Positions 1-10,500 of a stretch of DNA of 50,344 nt are shown one piece after another. The stretch spans positions 1 to 50,344 of the forward strand of contig CACLBX010000004.1 in assembly GCA_902605215.1 (NCBI GenBank), written 5' to 3'. The translations under genes were made by a program, and so were the position numbers. Under the pieces are notes generated by a model. It saw nothing but the letters and a program-made list of their open reading frames with translations, did not search any database and had not been told where the DNA came from. The stretch comes from an uncultured Pelagibacteraceae bacterium (lineage in GTDB: Bacteria; Pseudomonadota; Alphaproteobacteria; Pelagibacterales; AG-422-B15). Position 1 is the first letter of the stretch. Each line of letters begins with the position of its first letter.

Positions 1-2
1 AA

Positions 3-506
3 TATGATTATGAAAAATATGCAAAAAATGGAAAATCTATAATTGTAGGAAATTTACCTTTTAATATTTCATCTCAACTTCTTATAAATTGGATAATTAA
101 TTATAAGTGGCCACCCTTTTATAATAAAATGGTTTTAATGTTTCAGAAAGAAGTTGCAGAACGCATTTTAGCTTCTCATAATCAAAAAAAATATGGCAGG
201 ATATCTGTTATTACGCAATCTCGTTGTAGTGTAAAAAAGCTTTTACACGCTCCATCAAGTATTTTTTTCCCTAAGCCAAAAGTTGATGGAATTGTTCTTG
301 AATTTACACCAATTAATAAAAACTTGGATGTAAATATTTACAATCTACAAAAAATAATACGGAAGTCCTTCGAGCAACGTAGAAAAAAAATTAAAACTAG
401 CTTAAAGGAATATGACTATCTCCTAAAAGATTTTGGCATAGATGGCAATTTAAGAGCTGAAAATATATCAGTAGATGACTACTGTAAGCTGGCTTCAGCT
501 ATTTAG
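3..506 (+). CDS. rsmA: 16S rRNA adenine dimethyltransferase KsgA/RsmA (5'-truncated by window edge)
   Basis: The frame of ORF 129..506 is open back to position 3 and reads YDYEKYAKNGKSIIVGNLPFNISSQLL...MFQKEVAERI...F.PKPKVD...FEQRRKKI...LRAENIS. These are KsgA motifs, and the gene is convergent with gmk as in alphaproteobacteria. Confidence 0.95.
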   Translation, partial: YDYEKYAKNGKSIIVGNLPFNISSQLLINWIINYKWPPFYNKMVLMFQKEVAERILASHNQKKYGRISVITQSRCSVKKLLHAPSSIFFPKPKVDGIVLEFTPINKNLDVNIYNLQKIIRKSFEQRRKKIKTSLKEYDYLLKDFGIDGNLRAENISVDDYCKLASAI

Positions 507-1097
507 TTTATTTCGAGTATCTGCTATAATTTTCTTTATTTCGGCTATACAGTTTTCGAAATCATTATTTTCAACAATGTATTCATACTCATCTTGATGT
601 CTCATTTCAGTTTCGAACATTTCCATTCTATATTGAATAGCTTGTTCGTTGTCTCCAGATTTTTCTGCCCTCAACTTAAGTCTTTCATAAATAATTTTTT
701 TTGATGGAGGAACAATAAAGATAGTTAATAAGTTTGGCTGATTAGAAGCTTTAAGCTGAAGTGAACCCTGCCAATCTATATCAAACAGAACATCGAAATT
801 ATTATCAAGAGATTCTTGAACATTCTTATGCAGTGATCCATAGTAATTACCAAAAACATTTGCATATTCAATATATTCATTATTCTTAATTCTGCGCATA
901 AATTCATTTTTATCAATAAAGTTATAGTCTGTTCCATGAGTTTCATTATCTCGGGGAGGTCTTGTGGTGTCTGAAATGGATATATTTAATTGAGGATCAT
1001 CCTTTAATAGTTTTTTGCATATAGAAGATTTACCTGCTCCAGATGGCGATGATATTACAATAATCAATTTTTTTGATTTAAGACTATTGGCCATCAA
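495..1097 (-). CDS. gmk: Guanylate kinase
   Basis: P-loop SSPSGAGKS, SDTTRPPR, DYNF, EYANVFGNYYG, DIDWQG. Confidence 0.97.
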   Translation of the reverse strand: MMANSLKSKKLIIVISSPSGAGKSSICKKLLKDDPQLNISISDTTRPPRDNETHGTDYNFIDKNEFMRRIKNNEYIEYANVFGNYYGSLHKNVQESLDNNFDVLFDIDWQGSLQLKASNQPNLLTIFIVPPSKKIIYERLKLRAEKSGDNEQAIQYRMEMFETEMRHQDEYEYIVENNDFENCIAEIKKIIADTRNKLNS

Positions 1098-2346
1098 ACT
1101 TTGAAAATATCAACGAAACATTTGTTCCACCAAAACCAAATGAATTTGATATTACATTGGTAAGATTCATTTTTAGCGGCACAGATTTAATGAAATTTAT
1201 TTTTTTTGTTTCCAACTCATTTTCTAAGTTTAAATTTATTGGCAGAATTTTATTTGCTAAACTCATAATTGAAAATATTGCCTCAACCGCTCCGGCGGCT
1301 CCTAACAAGTGGCCTATTTGAGATTTTGTTGATGATACGAATACTTTTTCTGAGTTCTTCATAAATAATTTATCAATGGCTAATGCTTCAGCTTTATCTC
1401 CTGCTGGAGTTGAAGTTCCATGGGCATTTATGTATTGAATTTCATTTGACTGAAGGCTGGCATCTTCAATTGAATTTTTCATAGCTCTATAAGCTCCATC
1501 TCCTGAGCTATCTGGCAAGGTATAATGGTACGCATCTGACGACATTCCATAACCCTTAATTTCACAAAGTATTTTTGCATTTCGTTGAAGTGCATGAGTT
1601 AATTCCTCAAGAATAAGGACTGCGCCACCTTCCCCCATAACAAAACCATCTCTATCTTCATCAAAAGGTCTAGAAGATCTTGAGGGAGTATCATTAAATT
1701 TTGTACTTAATGCTCTACAAGCTGTAAAACCCTCTATTCCAATTGGGCTTATAGTCGCCTCCGATCCACCAGTCATCATGACGTCAACCTGTCCATGCTG
1801 TATTAGGCGATAAGATTCACCAATTGCATGCGCGGAAGAAGCACAAGCAGAAACTGTTGAGTAATTTGGTCCTTTAAGATTATATTTTATTGATAAGTAG
1901 CCAGCTGGCATATTAATTATCCTGCCAGTTATAAAAAAAGGGCTGATTTTTTTTCCATCTGCATAATCAATGGATGTTTGTTCAATTCCTGGCAACCCCC
2001 CCATACCTGAGCCAATAATGCAGCCTGCTCGAAAGGATTGTGGATCATTGATGGCGCCTAAATTACTTTCTTGAAAAGCTTCCTCACCGGCAGCCATTGC
2101 GTATTTAATAAAATCATCAATTTTTTTTATTTCTTTTTTCTCAATCCAGTCTTCTGAATTAAAAGTTCCATTTTCTCCATTGCCGATCGGTACTTCACAT
2201 GCAACTTGGCATTTGTATTTCGTGGAGTCAAATCTTGTAATCTTAGTAGCACCAGATTTGGCAGCGATTAAGCTGTTCCAGTTTTGTGACTTTCCGCAAC
2301 CAAAGGGGGTTACTAGTCCCATTCCGGTAACTACAACTCTCTTCAT
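1084..2346 (-). CDS. fabF: 3-oxoacyl-ACP synthase II
   Basis: MKRVVVTGMG, catalytic ACASS, NAHGTST, GHLLGAAG, SNSFGFGGTN; follows acpP. Confidence 0.97.
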   Translation of the reverse strand: MKRVVVTGMGLVTPFGCGKSQNWNSLIAAKSGATKITRFDSTKYKCQVACEVPIGNGENGTFNSEDWIEKKEIKKIDDFIKYAMAAGEEAFQESNLGAINDPQSFRAGCIIGSGMGGLPGIEQTSIDYADGKKISPFFITGRIINMPAGYLSIKYNLKGPNYSTVSACASSAHAIGESYRLIQHGQVDVMMTGGSEATISPIGIEGFTACRALSTKFNDTPSRSSRPFDEDRDGFVMGEGGAVLILEELTHALQRNAKILCEIKGYGMSSDAYHYTLPDSSGDGAYRAMKNSIEDASLQSNEIQYINAHGTSTPAGDKAEALAIDKLFMKNSEKVFVSSTKSQIGHLLGAAGAVEAIFSIMSLANKILPINLNLENELETKKINFIKSVPLKMNLTNVISNSFGFGGTNVSLIFSKFDGQ

Positions 2347-2359
2347 TAATTTTTTTTTA

Positions 2360-2593
2360 TTAGTCTGTTTCTAGGTGAGATATTGCATCTCCAACAGTTA
2401 ATATCGTTTCTGCTTTATCATCAGGAATTTCTACATCAAAAGCTTCTTCAAAAGCCATGACTAATTCAACAGTATCCAAACTATCTGCCCCTAAATCATC
2501 AATAAATTTAGCATCATCAGTGATTTTACTCATATCATCTATGCCTAAATGTTCAGCAATAATTTTTTTAACTTTGTCAGCAACTTCACTCAT
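2360..2593 (-). CDS. acpP: Acyl carrier protein
   Basis: [20 protein letters not shown] phosphopantetheine motif. Confidence 0.98.
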   Translation of the reverse strand: MSEVADKVKKIIAEHLGIDDMSKITDDAKFIDDLGADSLDTVELVMAFEEAFDVEIPDDKAETILTVGDAISHLETD

Positions 2594-2640
2594 AAATACT
2601 CCTGTTTTAATATATTAACTTTTTTTTAATACGTTCTGCA

Positions 2641-3360
2641 TCACATTGTCAAGCCACCATTAACATGAAGCACTTGCCCTGTAATATAGGCTGATTCTTC
2701 CGAAGAAAGAAAATAAACTGCAGAGGCAATTTCATCAATTCTTCCCATTCTTCCAAGAGGAATTCTTTCTACCATATTTTGCAATGTTTTTTCATCAATT
2801 GTTTCAAGAATTTCAGTATCAACAAATCCTGGTGAAACACAGTTAACTGTTACGCCTCTTGAGGCTACTTCATTTGCGAGTGTTCTTGTAAGGCCTTCAA
2901 TTGCAGATTTAGAAGCAACATAATTTGCTTGACCTGCATTCCCAATCTTAGCAGCATCTGAAGAAATATTGATAATTCTTCCCCAGCGACTTTTTATCAT
3001 GTCTTTTAAAATTTTTTTTGTTAGCTTAAAATTAGAATTTAAATTGACACTAATTACATCGTTCCATTCTTCATCTTTCATTCTTAAAAAAAGATTGTCT
3101 TTAGTAATTCCTGCATTATTAATAAGTATATCAGTGGATCCATAAAACTTATTAGACTGCTGAACTAGACTCTCTATTTGTAATGCGTCATAAAGGTTAC
3201 ATGAGATGCATTTAACTTTTCCTTTATAGTTAACTTCAATTTCATTAAGTTTATCAATGTTAGTGCCTGTTACGCATATATTGTAATTGTTTTTATAAAA
3301 CAATTTTAAGATTGATGACCCTATTCCGCCTGTCGCTCCAGTAATTAAAACATTCTTCAT
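2641..3360 (-). CDS. fabG: 3-oxoacyl-ACP reductase
   Basis: TGATGGIG, NNAGITKDNL, GNAGQANYVASK, TGQVLHVNGG; between fabD and acpP. Confidence 0.96.
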   Translation of the reverse strand: MKNVLITGATGGIGSSILKLFYKNNYNICVTGTNIDKLNEIEVNYKGKVKCISCNLYDALQIESLVQQSNKFYGSTDILINNAGITKDNLFLRMKDEEWNDVISVNLNSNFKLTKKILKDMIKSRWGRIINISSDAAKIGNAGQANYVASKSAIEGLTRTLANEVASRGVTVNCVSPGFVDTEILETIDEKTLQNMVERIPLGRMGRIDEIASAVYFLSSEESAYITGQVLHVNGGLTM

Positions 3361-3362
3361 AA

Positions 3363-4295
3363 TTAAATATTATCCAATTTCTCAAAATCATCTACTTTTG
3401 ATATTGATATTGATGTTATTTCTTTTGACATTCTTTTTACTAAATTCGTCAATACATTCCCCGGCCCAATTTCAATAAACCTTTCCACTCCATCATTTAT
3501 CATATTTGTGATTATTTCTCTCCATCTTACTTTTTTTACTATTTGCTCCACTAGAATTTTCTTTATCTCTGTTTCATCACAAGGCAAAGAAGTCACATTT
3601 GAATAAAGGGGTACATCAAAGGATTTAAAATTGAATTTATCAATCTCATTTTGCATTGTCGCCGAAGCTTTCGTCATAAATTCACAATGAAAAGGAGCAC
3701 TTACAGACAACTTAATAACTTTTTTCAAGCCAAGTTTTTTTGAATTTTCAACAATATAATCAATTGCTTTCATTTCACCACTTATAACTACCTGCCCAAC
3801 TGCATTATCATTCGCAATAAAAATTTTTCCTTCAGAACTTATATCACTTATGGTGGCGGCAATCCCTTCTTCAGTTCCTCCAATAATTGCTGCCATTCCT
3901 CCAGTTCCGACTGGCATACTTTCTTGCATGGCTTTGGATCGAATCTTAAGCAATTCTACAGAATCACTAAAATTTAGAGATTTATTGGCAACTAATGCTG
4001 AATATTCACCAAGAGAGTGGCCTGCTACACAGTGAAAAGAATGTTCATTTATTTTTCCACTTTCTCTCAAAGCCACAAAGATCGCAACGCTTGTTGTCAT
4101 TATTGTAGGCTGTGAATTTTCTGTCATGGCAAGTTCACTTTCTTCACCTTTGAATATTAAGTTTGTAAGACTTTTTCCCATTATTCTGTCCAGCTGGTCA
4201 TAAATTTCACGTGATGATTGAAAATTTGTATAAAAGTCATACCCCATCCCAACGTTTTGTGAGCCTTGTCCAGGAAAAATTAATGCTGTTTTCAT
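3363..4295 (-). CDS. fabD: Malonyl-CoA:ACP transacylase
   Basis: FPGQGSQ, GHSLGEY, VSAPFH, EIGPGNVL. Confidence 0.97.
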   Translation of the reverse strand: MKTALIFPGQGSQNVGMGYDFYTNFQSSREIYDQLDRIMGKSLTNLIFKGEESELAMTENSQPTIMTTSVAIFVALRESGKINEHSFHCVAGHSLGEYSALVANKSLNFSDSVELLKIRSKAMQESMPVGTGGMAAIIGGTEEGIAATISDISSEGKIFIANDNAVGQVVISGEMKAIDYIVENSKKLGLKKVIKLSVSAPFHCEFMTKASATMQNEIDKFNFKSFDVPLYSNVTSLPCDETEIKKILVEQIVKKVRWREIITNMINDGVERFIEIGPGNVLTNLVKRMSKEITSISISKVDDFEKLDNI

Positions 4296-4367
4296 CTAAA
4301 AGAATACTTGCTTAATAGGTAATTATAGAATATTTATTCGGACTTTAATAATAAATATGACTTATTT

Positions 4368-4694
4368 ATGTCTCTTTTTGAACATGTGATAATACTTAAA
4401 CAAAGTTTGAGTTCAAACGAACTTTCTAATGAGCTAAAAAATCATACAGATATGGTCTCTGAATTAAACGGAAATGTCGTTTATCAAGAAAGCTGGGGTA
4501 TGAGAAATCTTGCTTATCCAATAAAAAATAATAAAAAAGCTTTCTATGAATACATGAACATTGAATTACCTCAAGAAAACGTAGACTTAATGAACTCAAA
4601 ATTAAATTTAAATGAAAATGTTATCAGGTACTTATCAATAAAAGTTAAATCATTTAGTGAAACTCCTACGCTAATGATTAAAGAAAAGGAGTAG
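4368..4694 (+). CDS. rpsF: 30S ribosomal protein S6
   Basis: ESWGMRNLAYPIKNNKKA motif; rpsF-rpsR-rplI order. Confidence 0.96.
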   Translation: MSLFEHVIILKQSLSSNELSNELKNHTDMVSELNGNVVYQESWGMRNLAYPIKNNKKAFYEYMNIELPQENVDLMNSKLNLNENVIRYLSIKVKSFSETPTLMIKEKE

Positions 4695-4700
4695 CTATTT

Positions 4701-4895
4701 ATGGATAGAAATGCAAAAAATAATACTTCATCTTTTGACTATAAAGATCTTTCCTCTCTAAAAAAATTTATTTCTGAAAAAGGAAAAATTACTCCTAGAA
4801 GGATAAGTTATATTTCAATAAAGAAACAAAAAGATCTTTCGAATGCTATTAAAAGAGCAAGATATTTAGCATTATTGCCATATACGGGTAGATAA
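4701..4895 (+). CDS. rpsR: 30S ribosomal protein S18 (short, no Zn-ligand Cys)
   Basis: DYKD...[13 protein letters not shown]...[13 protein letters not shown]. Confidence 0.96.
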   Translation: MDRNAKNNTSSFDYKDLSSLKKFISEKGKITPRRISYISIKKQKDLSNAIKRARYLALLPYTGR

Positions 4896-5341
4896 TGGAC
4901 ATTATACTCTTAGAATCATTAAATAAATTAGGAAAAGCTGGTGAGATTGTTACTGTTAAAGATGGCTTTGCAAAAAATTATTTGATACCTGAAAAAAAAG
5001 CAATAATCGCCAATAAAAAAAATAAAGGTGATTTAGAAAATCGTATTACTCAAATAAATTCTAATAATGATAAAAAAATAGTTGAGGCTAATGAAATTAA
5101 AGAAAAGTTAGATCAAAAGAAAATTTCAATAGCAATGGAAGCAAACGATGATGGCAGTCTCTATGGTGCAGTTAGTCAAAAATCTGTAAGTGAGAGTATA
5201 TATTCTTTGCTTGAAATAAAGATTTCTCCTGACGCGGTAGTTCTTGATCCAATAAGAGAAATAGGTGAAGCTGAAATACAGGTAATTTTATACGAGAATA
5301 TTAAGGCTATTCTTCACCTTGAAATAACAAAAAAAACTTAA
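4895..5341 (+). CDS. rplI: 50S ribosomal protein L9
   Basis: MDIILLE..KLGKAGEIVTVKDGFAKNYLIP, GSLYGAV. Confidence 0.97.
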   Translation: MDIILLESLNKLGKAGEIVTVKDGFAKNYLIPEKKAIIANKKNKGDLENRITQINSNNDKKIVEANEIKEKLDQKKISIAMEANDDGSLYGAVSQKSVSESIYSLLEIKISPDAVVLDPIREIGEAEIQVILYENIKAILHLEITKKT

Positions 5342-5490
5342 TAATAATTCTTTACTAATTTCAAAGATTTAAAAGGCATATATAATTCTAAATATAAAGC
5401 CTAAGAATATACTAACAAAATTGGAGTCCTGTTAGTATCTTTTATTATAAATATACTGACAATTTTTTGTAATTAATATTAATTGATTGA

Positions 5491-6948
5491 ATGTCTAACA
5501 CATTTCAAATCCAGTCCAATAATATTTCTTCAAAACAGCTTCCACACAATATGGAGGCTGAACAAGGATTGCTCGGTGCTATACTGATTAATAATGAAAT
5601 ATTTTACGATATAATTGAAATAGTAAATTCTGAACATTTCCATGAACCGGTTCATCGAATTATATTTGAAGTAATGAATAAAATGGTTTCTAAAGGTCAA
5701 ATTGCATCGCCAATTACTTTGCAGAGTTATTTTGAAATTGAAAAAAATTTAGAAGAAATAGGTGGATCAAATTATCTATTTAGACTGGCGAATTCAGCGG
5801 TTTCTTTGGAATATGCAAAAAGCTATGCCCAAATAATCTATGATATGGCTGTAAGAAGAGGGCTTTATGAGCTTGGAGGCAAAGTCCAACATGATGCTAT
5901 TGAAAGTGATATGGATGTAAAACCCGGAGATCTCATAGAAGATGCAGAAAAAGACCTTTATCAAATATCAGAAAAAGGAACTACCAAAAATAAGGTTCAA
6001 TCTTTTAGAAGTTCAGTTGAAGAGGCTATAGAGCTTACCACTAAAGCATTTAAGAAAGATACGAGTGTGATTGGTCTATCCTCTGGGTTTAGGGATCTTG
6101 ATGCTAAATTAGGAGGATTTCATTCTTCTGATTTAATCATAATTGCTGGAAGACCATCTATGGGAAAGACAGCATTAGCGACAAATATGGCATTCAATAT
6201 TGCAAAAGAGGCTCATAGTAAAAATGATATGGACTCAAGTGTTTTATTCTTTTCACTTGAAATGTCATCAGAACAACTGGCCAGAAGAATTTTATCAGAA
6301 GAAGCAAGAATAAGTTCTAATGATATGAGAAAAGGTGACTTATCAGAAAATGATTTAGATAATTTAGTATCAGTGTCAAAAAAAATTTTGGAGATACCTT
6401 TGTTCATTGATGATACACCCGCAATAAATATTGGAACACTTGCGTCAAGAGCAAGGAGACTCAAGCGTAAGCATGGACTAGGTGCAATTGTGATTGATTA
6501 TTTACAATTATTGAGGCCAAGCAAAATAACAAGAAATGAGTCTCGAGTTCTTGAGCTTTCAGAAATAACTCAGGGCCTTAAAGCTTTAGCTAAAGAAATG
6601 AATATTCCTGTTATAGCATTATCACAATTATCTAGACAGGTTGAGCAAAGAGAAGATAAAAAGCCTTTATTATCAGATCTAAGAGAGTCAGGTTCTATCG
6701 AGCAAGACTCTGATGTAGTTATGTTTATTTATAGGGAGGAATACTATTTGGAAAAAAGTGAGCCTGCTCTCGGTACCGCAGATTACATTGAATGGCAGCA
6801 AAAAATGGATGAAATCCACGGTCAGGCCGAACTCCTCATATCAAAACAAAGACATGGACCAACAGGAAATATAAGACTAAGCTTTGAAAGTAAATTTACA
6901 AAGTTTGGGAACTTTATTAGCAAAGATCACTCAAACAATTATGAGTAA
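5491..6948 (+). CDS. dnaB: Replicative DNA helicase
   Basis: LPHNMEAEQGLLG, AGRPSMGKT, FSLEMS, IDYLQL, SDLRESGSIEQDSD, KQRHGPTG. Confidence 0.98.
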   Translation: MSNTFQIQSNNISSKQLPHNMEAEQGLLGAILINNEIFYDIIEIVNSEHFHEPVHRIIFEVMNKMVSKGQIASPITLQSYFEIEKNLEEIGGSNYLFRLANSAVSLEYAKSYAQIIYDMAVRRGLYELGGKVQHDAIESDMDVKPGDLIEDAEKDLYQISEKGTTKNKVQSFRSSVEEAIELTTKAFKKDTSVIGLSSGFRDLDAKLGGFHSSDLIIIAGRPSMGKTALATNMAFNIAKEAHSKNDMDSSVLFFSLEMSSEQLARRILSEEARISSNDMRKGDLSENDLDNLVSVSKKILEIPLFIDDTPAINIGTLASRARRLKRKHGLGAIVIDYLQLLRPSKITRNESRVLELSEITQGLKALAKEMNIPVIALSQLSRQVEQREDKKPLLSDLRESGSIEQDSDVVMFIYREEYYLEKSEPALGTADYIEWQQKMDEIHGQAELLISKQRHGPTGNIRLSFESKFTKFGNFISKDHSNNYE

Positions 6949-6959
6949 AGTCTTTCAAA

Positions 6960-8060
6960 ATGAAGAATGTTGATCAAAATACTTTTTTAGACATTGACTT
7001 AAAGTCACTTGGTGACAATTACTTAAAAATTAAAAAAAAAGTAAACAGAAGCTGTATAGTTGCAGCAACTGTGAAATCAAATGCATATGGTCTTGGTGTT
7101 AAGAAAGTTCTACCTGTGCTAATTAGATCAAAATGTAAACATTTCTTTGTAGCTTCCACCGATGAAGCTATGGAAATTAGAAAAATAAATAAGAAAGTAG
7201 AAGTGTATATTTTAAATGGTTTAGTTTTAGATAACTTAAGTATAATAAGTAAATACAGATTAATACCTGTAATCAATAATTTGAAACAACTTAAGAAAAT
7301 AGAGCGCTATCAAAGTAAATTTAATAAAAAACTCAAGATTGCAATTCATTTTGATACAGGCATGTCGCGACTTGGTTTAGATAAAACTGAAACGACTAAT
7401 CTAATTAAAAATAAATCAAAATTAATTAAAAATTCAGATCTTGTTCTGATAATGAGCCACTTAGCTTGCGCTGATGATCCAAAAAATAAAAAAAATCAAA
7501 CTCAATTAAAGGAATTTGATAAGATAAGAATACACTTTTCAAATTGTCTACACAGCATATCGAACTCTGGGGGGGTGTTGCTGGGGAGAAAATATAATCT
7601 TGATATGGTTAGGCCAGGAATATCTCTTTATGGGGGCAACTGTCAAATCAAAGAGAGAAAACATTACAAAAATGTAGTATCTTTAAAGAGTAAATTAATA
7701 CAAACAAGGGAAATAAATAAAGGGGATACCATAGGCTATGGAGCAACATTTAAAGCAAGGAAAAAGATGAAAGTTGGCATTTTTGCAATTGGTTATGGTG
7801 ATGGATTCAGTAGACTCTTTTCAAATAATTATAAAATTTATCTAAATAATAAACGAATTAATTTGATTGGAAGAGTCTCAATGGACTTGGTTACAGTTGA
7901 TTTGACAAATTTTATAAACTTAGAACAAATAGCTAATAAAGAGTTTGAATTCATTGGAAGTAAGAGCCCTATCAATACAGTGTGTGAAACCATAAATACA
8001 ATACCATATGAGATTTTAACAAACCTAGGCAAAAGATACCAAAGAAGATATATTTCGTAA
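6960..8060 (+). CDS. alr: Alanine racemase
   Basis: VKSNAYGLG (PLP Lys), DTGMSRLG, MSHLACAD, VRPGISLYG, GRVSMD, TIPYEILT. Confidence 0.96.
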   Translation: MKNVDQNTFLDIDLKSLGDNYLKIKKKVNRSCIVAATVKSNAYGLGVKKVLPVLIRSKCKHFFVASTDEAMEIRKINKKVEVYILNGLVLDNLSIISKYRLIPVINNLKQLKKIERYQSKFNKKLKIAIHFDTGMSRLGLDKTETTNLIKNKSKLIKNSDLVLIMSHLACADDPKNKKNQTQLKEFDKIRIHFSNCLHSISNSGGVLLGRKYNLDMVRPGISLYGGNCQIKERKHYKNVVSLKSKLIQTREINKGDTIGYGATFKARKKMKVGIFAIGYGDGFSRLFSNNYKIYLNNKRINLIGRVSMDLVTVDLTNFINLEQIANKEFEFIGSKSPINTVCETINTIPYEILTNLGKRYQRRYIS

Positions 8061-8063
8061 GTA

Positions 8064-10499
8064 ATGAAAAAAGTATTTTCGTCAGTTCTTGATAATTATT
8101 CAAAATTATCTTTGTTTCTACTTGTAGCAATTGCTTTTTTTTTCCTATTTAACTCTGATAATTTTCAACTAGACGCATCTTCTGATACTCTCATCTTGGA
8201 ACAAGATGATGATTTAAAAAGATATCAAGAATTAATCAAGGACTATGACTCAAGTGACTTTTTAATTATTACGTTCACGTCAAAACAGAAATTTATTAAA
8301 AAGCAAAATCTTGATTTTTTAAATTCTTTCATTACAGAAATTGAAAATCTTCCTTTTGTTGATTCAACTCAGTCAATCTTTGACGCGCCATTATTAGAGA
8401 TAAATAATCAATCTTTATCAGATCTAGTAAATGAAATAATTACAATTAAATCACCACAAGTAAATATCGCTGATGCTGAGACAGAATTGCTTAATAGTCC
8501 AATTTTCAAAAACTTAATTATTAGTGAAGATGCAACCACTACAGGCTTACTAATTAATCTAAAAAAGAATCTTGATTTCGATGCAATAGTAAATGAAAGA
8601 ATAAGGCTTAATGAGTTGGGTAAAAAAAATGATGCTGAGCGTGAACTTCTATCTCAACTAAATTTCAAATATGAAATTGAAAAAAAGAGACAGGATAAAG
8701 AGAGAGAAAATAATATATTTACTATCAGAACAAAAATTGAGCAATTCGAAGATGAGAATATTAAAATTCATTTAGGAGGCGTTTCAATGATTGCAAATGA
8801 TACTATCGCATTCGTAAAAAATGATATTATTATTTTCGGCATTGGAGCCTTTATTTTTATATTACTTGTGCTCTATCTTGTTTTTAGAAGCCCTTTGTGG
8901 ATGATTGCATGTATAGGTAATTGCATATTCATTTTAATTACTATGATCGGGTCTATTTCACTACTCGGATGGAAAGTAACTGTTATTTCATCAAACTTTA
9001 TCATGCTTATTTTGATCTTATCTTTATCAATGACCGTACATATAGTTGTAAGGTATCGGCAAATAAGTTTGGAGGAGGAAAAATCTAAAATTAATCAAAA
9101 TATTATTCGTGCACTTGGAAAAATGTATAAGCCTTGTCTATTTGCTGCTCTAACAACTATTTTTGCATTTGGATCACTTTATACAAGTGGAATTAAACCG
9201 GTTATGGATTTTGGCCTAATGATGTGCATGGGTCTAACTATCACATATGTATCCAGTTTTATTTTCTTACCAATTTTGATATCAGTCTTAAATTTAAAAA
9301 GTACTGCTCTGCTGGTTAAAAATAATAGTAAAGATGTATTTTCTATCTTATCGATCAAATTCCCAGTATTGACATTATTATTTTTTACATCTTTGTTTGC
9401 TATTGGCATATATGGAGCAAGTACTCTTAAAGTAGAAAATAGTTTTGTTAATTACTTTAAAGAAGATACTGAAATATACAAAGGAATGAAATTGATCGAT
9501 GAACAATTGGGTGGGACTACTCCCTTGGATATTATTATTCAATTCAAAGATGAGCAAAATGATGATTTCTCTTTTGAAGAGGAGGATTTTATGGATTTTG
9601 GAATTGATTATGATCCTTCAGACTACTGGTTTACTAAAGAAAAAATTGACAATGTTAAGAGTATTCATGACTATCTAGAAACGTATGATTTTGTAGGTAA
9701 AGTACTTTCATTGGCATCCATTATAAGAACTGCTGAAAAACTTAATTCAAATGAAGAATTTGATACACTTGAACTCTCAGTTTTATATAAAAAATTACCT
9801 CAAGATATTAAAGATCAAATTTTAAAACCCTATGTGTTGATAGATAAAAATCAGGCAAGAATATCTCTACGTGTAATCGATACTCATCCTGAGTTAAAAA
9901 GAGCAAATTTCGTTAACGAGCTTAGAAAACATATAGAGTCAAATTATAACAATCAAAATATTGAGGTAAGTCTTACTGGAATACTGATTTTGTACAATAA
10001 CATGCTGCAAAGCCTTTTTGATTCTCAAATTAAATCTTTGGGAATTGTTTTAATGGGAATATTTATAATATTAAGTATTTTATTCCGATCATTTAAAATA
10101 GCTTTAGCTGCTTTGATACCGAATTTAGTCGCCTGTTTTGTTATATTGGGAACTATGGGATTACTGAATATACCCCTGGATTTGATGACAATTACGATTG
10201 CCTCGATTACGATTGGAATAGCGGTAGATAATTGCATACATTATGTTTATAGGTATCGTGAATATTTTGCGATAACTGGATCACACGCAGATGCGGTCAA
10301 TAGCTGCCAGAAAACAGTTAGCACTGCAATCAAAAATACTTCGGTAACTATTATGGCAGGTTTCTCAATTTTGGTATTTTCTAATTTTTACCCTACAATA
10401 TACTTCGGAGCATTTACAGCACTTGCAATGTTTATTGCTTTAGTGGGAAGTCTTACTATATTACCGATATTACTCGGGTACTTTAATAAAAATTCATAA
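8064..10499 (+). CDS. MMPL/RND-superfamily (predicted exporter) membrane transporter
   Basis: 811 aa, two repeats of periplasmic domain plus TM bundle; LGGTTPLDI, ITIGIAVDNCIHY, PTIYFG motifs. Confidence 0.85.
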   Translation: MKKVFSSVLDNYSKLSLFLLVAIAFFFLFNSDNFQLDASSDTLILEQDDDLKRYQELIKDYDSSDFLIITFTSKQKFIKKQNLDFLNSFITEIENLPFVDSTQSIFDAPLLEINNQSLSDLVNEIITIKSPQVNIADAETELLNSPIFKNLIISEDATTTGLLINLKKNLDFDAIVNERIRLNELGKKNDAERELLSQLNFKYEIEKKRQDKERENNIFTIRTKIEQFEDENIKIHLGGVSMIANDTIAFVKNDIIIFGIGAFIFILLVLYLVFRSPLWMIACIGNCIFILITMIGSISLLGWKVTVISSNFIMLILILSLSMTVHIVVRYRQISLEEEKSKINQNIIRALGKMYKPCLFAALTTIFAFGSLYTSGIKPVMDFGLMMCMGLTITYVSSFIFLPILISVLNLKSTALLVKNNSKDVFSILSIKFPVLTLLFFTSLFAIGIYGASTLKVENSFVNYFKEDTEIYKGMKLIDEQLGGTTPLDIIIQFKDEQNDDFSFEEEDFMDFGIDYDPSDYWFTKEKIDNVKSIHDYLETYDFVGKVLSLASIIRTAEKLNSNEEFDTLELSVLYKKLPQDIKDQILKPYVLIDKNQARISLRVIDTHPELKRANFVNELRKHIESNYNNQNIEVSLTGILILYNNMLQSLFDSQIKSLGIVLMGIFIILSILFRSFKIALAALIPNLVACFVILGTMGLLNIPLDLMTITIASITIGIAVDNCIHYVYRYREYFAITGSHADAVNSCQKTVSTAIKNTSVTIMAGFSILVFSNFYPTIYFGAFTALAMFIALVGSLTILPILLGYFNKNS

Positions 10500-10500
10500 G

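Noticed and set aside
2615-2629. TTAA-N7-TTAA CtrA-like box upstream of acpP
   Set aside because: Expected by chance in very AT-rich DNA; no supporting context.
7569-7575. G7 homopolymer in alr as a phase-variation tract
   Set aside because: It encodes the conserved NSGG motif in frame in a housekeeping gene.
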